DNA of 64,000 bases from an uncultured Planctomycetia bacterium. Its GTDB lineage: Bacteria; Omnitrophota; Gorgyraeia; Tantalellales; Tantalellaceae. The DNA lies in NCBI GenBank assembly GCA_964572255.1, contig CAZNEE010000003.1, forward strand, positions 182,539 to 246,538, in the 5' to 3' direction. The position numbers and the translations under genes are program-made. Of the stretch, positions 15,001 through 21,000 are shown piece by piece (position 1 is the stretch's first letter; each line of letters opens with the position of its first letter). The notes below the pieces were generated by a model that searched no databases, was not told the origin of the DNA, and worked only from the letters and a program-made list of their open reading frames with translations.

Positions 15001-18000
15001 TATCCTGCCGGATCAAAGCATCCTCTACGCTGGCCAGAGATGCCCTCTTTTCGCCCTGGTAATAGAAAACGCCTATTGATCTCACTGACACCCCGTCGCT
15101 GCCATAGGTGTAAGAGAAGTCCGCTATTTCGTCTCCCTTGCCGAGATGAATATCAAAGAAGGTCGAACTCTTGCGGTTGGTTTGGGCGACCTTGAAAATT
15201 GAATCTGTCTTGTGTGTATCCTGCTGGATCATCGCGTCTTCTACGCCTGCTTCGCTTGCCCTCTTGCCGCCCTGATAGAAGAAAATACCTACGTTTCTTA
15301 CTGTAGTTCCACCTCCCGCATAATTATAGCTATAGTCTACTATTTCTTCACCCTTGCCGAGATGTATATCAAAGAACATTGAGCTCTTGCGGTTGGTATC
15401 AGCTATTTTAAAAATTGAATCCGTCTTATGTGTATCCTGCTGTACTAATGCGTCTTCTGTCCCCGCTTCACTTGCCCTCTTTATGCCCTGATAATAGAAA
15501 ACACCCACACTTCTTACGGTCGTTCCGTCCAAGCTATAGGTGTAGGTATAATCCGCTATCTCGTCGCCTTTGCCATACGTCGTATCAAAGAAAGTTGAAC
15601 TTATACGGTTAGAAACGGCACCCTGAAAAATAGAATCTGTCTTGTGTGTATCCTGCCGGATCATCGCGTCTTCTGACTCCGCTACGCTTGCTCTCTTGTC
15701 TCCTTCATAATAGAACACTCCCACTGTCCTTACCGTTGTCCCGTCACCTGCATAGTTATAGCTGTAATCGGCTATTTCGTCGCCTTTCCCGAGATGTATA
15801 TCAAAAAAGGTTGAACTCTTGCGGTTAGTATCAGCGATCTTGTATATTGAATCCGCCTTATGTGTATCCTGCTGAACCATCGCGTCTTCCGATCCGGCAA
15901 GAGATGCCCTATTATCATCCTCGTAATAAAAGACATTAACCGTTCTTACGGTCGTACCGTTAGAAGCATAGGTATAGGAATAATCCGCTATTTCGCCGCC
16001 TTTGCCGTGAGTTATATCGAAGAAAGTCGAACTTCTTCGGTTCTCCTTGCTTGCCTCATTAATAAAGGAAATAGCATCCGATCCGGCATGACCTTCTGTA
16101 GCCTTATATGTGTCCTGCTGGATCATCGCGTCTTCCGTTCCGGCAAGAGATGCCCTATTCCCTCCCTCGTAATAGAAAATACCTACGTTTCTTACTGTAG
16201 TTCCATTGCCCGCATAATTATAGGTATAGTCTGCTATCTCTTCGCCTTTACCGTGATGTATATCAAAAAAGGTTGAACTCTTGCGGTTAGTATCAGCGAC
16301 CTGAAAAATAGAAGCTATCTTGTGGGTATCCTGCTGGATCATCGCGTCTTCTACGCCCGCTAAAGACGCTCTCTTTGCGCCCTGATAATATAGAACACTC
16401 ACGGTTCTTACTGTAGTACCGTCGCCGCCGTAATTATAGGTATAGTCCGCTATCTCATCGCCTTTTCCGAGATGTGTTTCAAAGAAGGTAGAACTCCTGC
16501 GGTTAGCCAAAGCTGCATTGCTGATCAGACCTGTTTTATGCGTATCCTGGCGGCTGAGAGCATCTTCCACTTCTGCCAGAGACGCTCGTTTATCCCCTTG
16601 ATAATAAAATACGCCTACTGTTCTTACGGTAGTTCCGTCGCCCGCATAATTATAAGTATAATCGGCAACTTCCTCGCCTTTACCTAAATGTATATCGAAA
16701 AAGGTCGAACTTACCCGGTTAGTATCGGCGACTTTGTAAATTGAATCTGTTTTATGGGTATCCTGTCGGATCATCGCATCTTCCGGTCTTGCCAAAGATG
16801 CCCTTCTTTCCCCTTCAAAGAAGAAGATGTTTACAGTCCTTACGGTTGTTCCGTCACCGCCGTAATTATAGGTATAATCTGTTATTTCTTCGCCTTTGCC
16901 GAGATGTATGTCAAAGAAAGTGGAGCTCTTGCGGTTGGCATCGGCTATTTTGAGGATAGAATCGGTTTTGTGCGTATCCTGGCGGATCATCGCGTCTTCC
17001 GATCCCGCAAGATTGGCTCTATTGTCTCCCTCGTAATATAAGACAAGAACATTTCTGACCGTTGTGCCGTCACCGGCATAGCTATAAGTATAATCCGCTA
17101 TTTCGTCACCTTTACCCAGGTGGATATCAAAGAAAGTGGAGCTTTTGCGGTTGGTATCGGCAATATTGTAGATCGAATCTGCTTTATGCGTATCCTGACG
17201 AACAAGAGCATCTTGCGAACCTACTTCGCTTGCCCTCTTTTCGCCTTCGTAATATAGAACAGATACCGTCCTGACCGTTGTTCCGTCACTTGCGTAACTG
17301 TAAGTATAATCCGCGACTTCGTCTCCCTTACCCAAATGGATCTCAAAGAAAGTGGAACTTTTGCGATTAGTTTTATTGACTTCATCTACATAATCGATCG
17401 CATCCTGATCCGTGTGATCTTTGTCTGCCGCATACGTATCCTGCTGGATCATCGCGTCTTCCGCTTCCGCAAGATCAGCTCTCTCGCCTCCCTCGTAATA
17501 CATTATTCCTATAGTCCTTACCGTGGTACCGTTAGACGCATAGCTATATGTATAATCCGCTATTTCTTCGCCTTTACCGAGATGAGGATCAAAAAATGTA
17601 GAGTTTACCCTATTATCCAGCGCTATTGTTCCTATTGAATCTGTCCTGTGCATATCCTGACGAACAAGGGCATCTTCATGCTCCGCCAAACTTGCTCTTA
17701 CATCTCCCTGATAATAAAAAACTCCCACAGTTTTTACAGTTGTTCCGTTGGAAGTGTAATTGTAGATGTAATCCGCTATTTCTTCGCCTTTACCGAGATG
17801 TATATCAAAGAAGGTTGAACTTGTACGGTTATCTAAAGCGACATTCGAAATTGAATCCGTTTTATGGGTATCCTGCTGGATCATTGCGTCTTCCGAACTG
17901 GCTTCGCTTGCCTTCACATTGCCCTGGTAGAAGAAAATACCGACCGTTCTTACGCTTGTTCCGTCGGACGCATAGCCATAGTTATAATTTGCGATCTCAT

Positions 18001-21000
18001 CGCCTTTGCCGAGATGTATATCAAAAAAGGTTGAACTTGTGCGGTTCTCATCCTTTACATTGTCGATCGAATCCGTCCTATGTGAATCCTGCTGGATGAG
18101 GGCGTCTGTTACTTCCGCTAAACTTGCTCTTACATCATCCTGATAATAGAAAACCCCCACTGTTCTTACAACCGTACCGGTACTGTCATAATTGTAAGTG
18201 TAATCCGCGACTTCATCTCCCTTGCCGAGATGTACATCAAAGAAAGTCGAACTTCTGCGGTTATCTAAAGCGACTTTTGAAATTGAATCTGTTTTATGAG
18301 TATCCTGCTGTACCATCGCGTCTTCCACTTTTGCAAGAGACGCTCTTACATCCCCCTCATAATACATAACACCAACAGTTCTCACTGTAATGCCATCACT
18401 TGCATAATTATAGGTATAATCCGCTACTTCCTCACCCTTGCCGTGATGTATATCAAAGAATGTTGAGTTTGTTCGATTGGCATCTTCTACTGCACTGATC
18501 GAGGTAATGTTATGAGTATCTTGTCTGATCAAAGCATCATCTGTTCCTGCCAGAGATGCCCTATTGTTACCTTCATAATACATAACACTTACTGTTCTTA
18601 CGGTCGTTCCGTCACCTGCATAATTATAGGTATAGTCGACTATCTCGTCTCCCTTGCCGTGATGGATATCAAAGAAAGTGGAATTTTTACGATTGGTATC
18701 CGCAATTTCGTAAATCGAATCTGCTTTGTGGGTGTCCTGCTGGACCATCGCGTCTTCCAAGCCCGCTTCACTCGCCCTTACACCGCCCTGATAGTAGAAA
18801 ATACCTACCGATCTTACGGTCGTTCCGTCATTCGCGTAGGTATAAGTATAGTCTGATATCTCATCGCCCTTACCGAGATGTATATCAAAGAAGGTCGAAC
18901 TCTTTCGGTTTTCCTCGGCAATACTGTTAATTGAGTCCGTCTTATGCGTATCCTGCTGGATCATCGCGTCTTCCGCTACCGCAAGAGACGCTCTTACATT
19001 CCCTTCATATAAGAAAACGCCCACGGTTCTTACTGTTGTGCCGTTAGATGCGTAACTATAGGAGTAATCTGCTACCTCATCGCCTTTACCGAGATGAATA
19101 TCATAATATGTTGAACTTCTGCGGTTATCTAAAGCGACATTGCCGATCGAATCTGTTTTATGGCTATCCTGGCGTATCATCGCGTCAGCAGCTCTTGCAA
19201 CGCTTGCTCTTCTTTCCCCTTCATAATAGAAAACACCTACTGATTTCACATTTACACCGTCAGAATAACTATAGGTATAATCCGCTATTTCCTCGCCTTT
19301 CCCGAGATGTATGTCAAAGAAAGTCGACGCCTTACGGTTTGAATTGTTTACGTCTCCAATAGTGTCTGCCTTGTGTGTATCCTGCTGAATAAGCGCATCG
19401 TCCGCTCCTGCAAGATCCGCTCTATTCCCTCCCTCGTAATAGAAAACCCCTATTGACCTTACTACTGTTCCGCCCGCTCCATAAGTATAGGTATAATCCG
19501 TTATTTCATCGCCCTTACCAAGATGAGTGTCAAAGAAAGTCGAACTTACGCGGTTATCATTCTCTACTAAGTCGATTGATATGGTTCTGTGGGTATCCTG
19601 CTGGACCAATGGATCATCCACTCCGGCCAGGCTTGCCCTTACGCCTCCATCGTAGAAGAAAACACCTACGGTTCTTACGGTCGTCCCATTAGAAGCATAG
19701 CTATAAACATAATCCGCTATTTCATCGCCTTTACCTAAATGTATATCAAAGTATGTAGAACTTTTCCTGTCTTCAAAAGTCGTGTCGTCAACTTCATCTA
19801 TAGACGATTTCCGGTAGCTATCCTGACGGACCATTTCATCGTTCGTACTGGCCAGACTTGCCCTTATCTCGCCGTTATAATAGAACACGTTCACTGTTCT
19901 TACATCCGTTCCATTACCCGCATAGTTATAAGAATAATCCGCTATTTCCTCGCCCTTGCCGTTATGAATATCGAAAAAGGTGGAGGATCTTCTTGTTTCA
20001 ATGTCATCTAACGCATTCTGCAGTGAATCCGCCCTGTGTGTATCCTGCTGGATCATCGCATCTGCCAGAAAAGCTGCACTTGCCCTTTTGTCCCCTTCAT
20101 AATAGAAAATCCCGACGCTTGTAACGGTCGTGCCGTTAGAAGCGTAACTATACGTATAATCAGAAACTTCCGAACCCTTCCCTAAATGTGTATCAAAACG
20201 TGTCGTGGATATTCTCGTATCGATATTATTGACAGCTTCAGTTATTGATGCGGCATCATGTGAATCCTGTTTAGATAGCGGGAAATAACTTTCAGAAACG
20301 GAAGCCCGGTCGTCATTATCCCCGTAATAAAGGATGTTCACGGTTTTTACCGTCACGCCGTCCGGTTTATAGCTGTAGGTAAAATCCCCGATCTCTTCAC
20401 CCTTGCCGAGATGGATATCAAAAAAGGTGGACGATTTTCTTGTAGTAATATCGGCCAACGCGGATGCCAGTGAATCTGTTCTATGAGAATCCTGCTGGAT
20501 CATCGCATCTTCCGGAGTTGCATCTACGGCCCGCTTATCACCTTCGTAATAATATATACTCACGTTCTTGACCACAGTCCCGGTTTTATCATAATTGTAA
20601 GTATAATCCAGGACCTCTTCACCTTTTAGCCTTGTCGCAAAATCGAAAAATGAAACACTGTCGAGCTGGCTTACATGCGCATCGATCACGCCGTCAGGTT
20701 CGGTATCCGGGTTTAGCGGATCGATCTGGCCTCGATACGTTACCTGTCTGCTCATGCGGTCACCCGTATCGGAACCGGCTGCTCTTTGAAGGCCGGCTTC
20801 GTATAAATACACTACCGTTCTCGAAACCTCCTGGTCGGCATTATATCTTTCGGTATAGTCGTTAATTTCCTCGCCCTTGATCCTTCCTTCATAATGCATG
20901 TAATTCATGCTTGAGAGCTGTTCTTCCGCGCCGACCAAGATGCCTCTTGCGTCCGTAGCGGCCTGGATATCGGCAATTTCTCCGGAATAAACTACATTGA

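Noticed and set aside
7900-20600. Regular ~216-nt periodicity as a CRISPR array or non-coding satellite
   Set aside because: There is no invariant 25-45 nt repeat with unique spacers. The period is a multiple of 3, variation is codon-like and no cas genes are present.
7900-20600. Diversity-generating retroelement or cassette-shuffling system acting on the repeats
   Set aside because: No reverse transcriptase or recombinase is in the window, and I saw no template/variable pair differing only at adenines.
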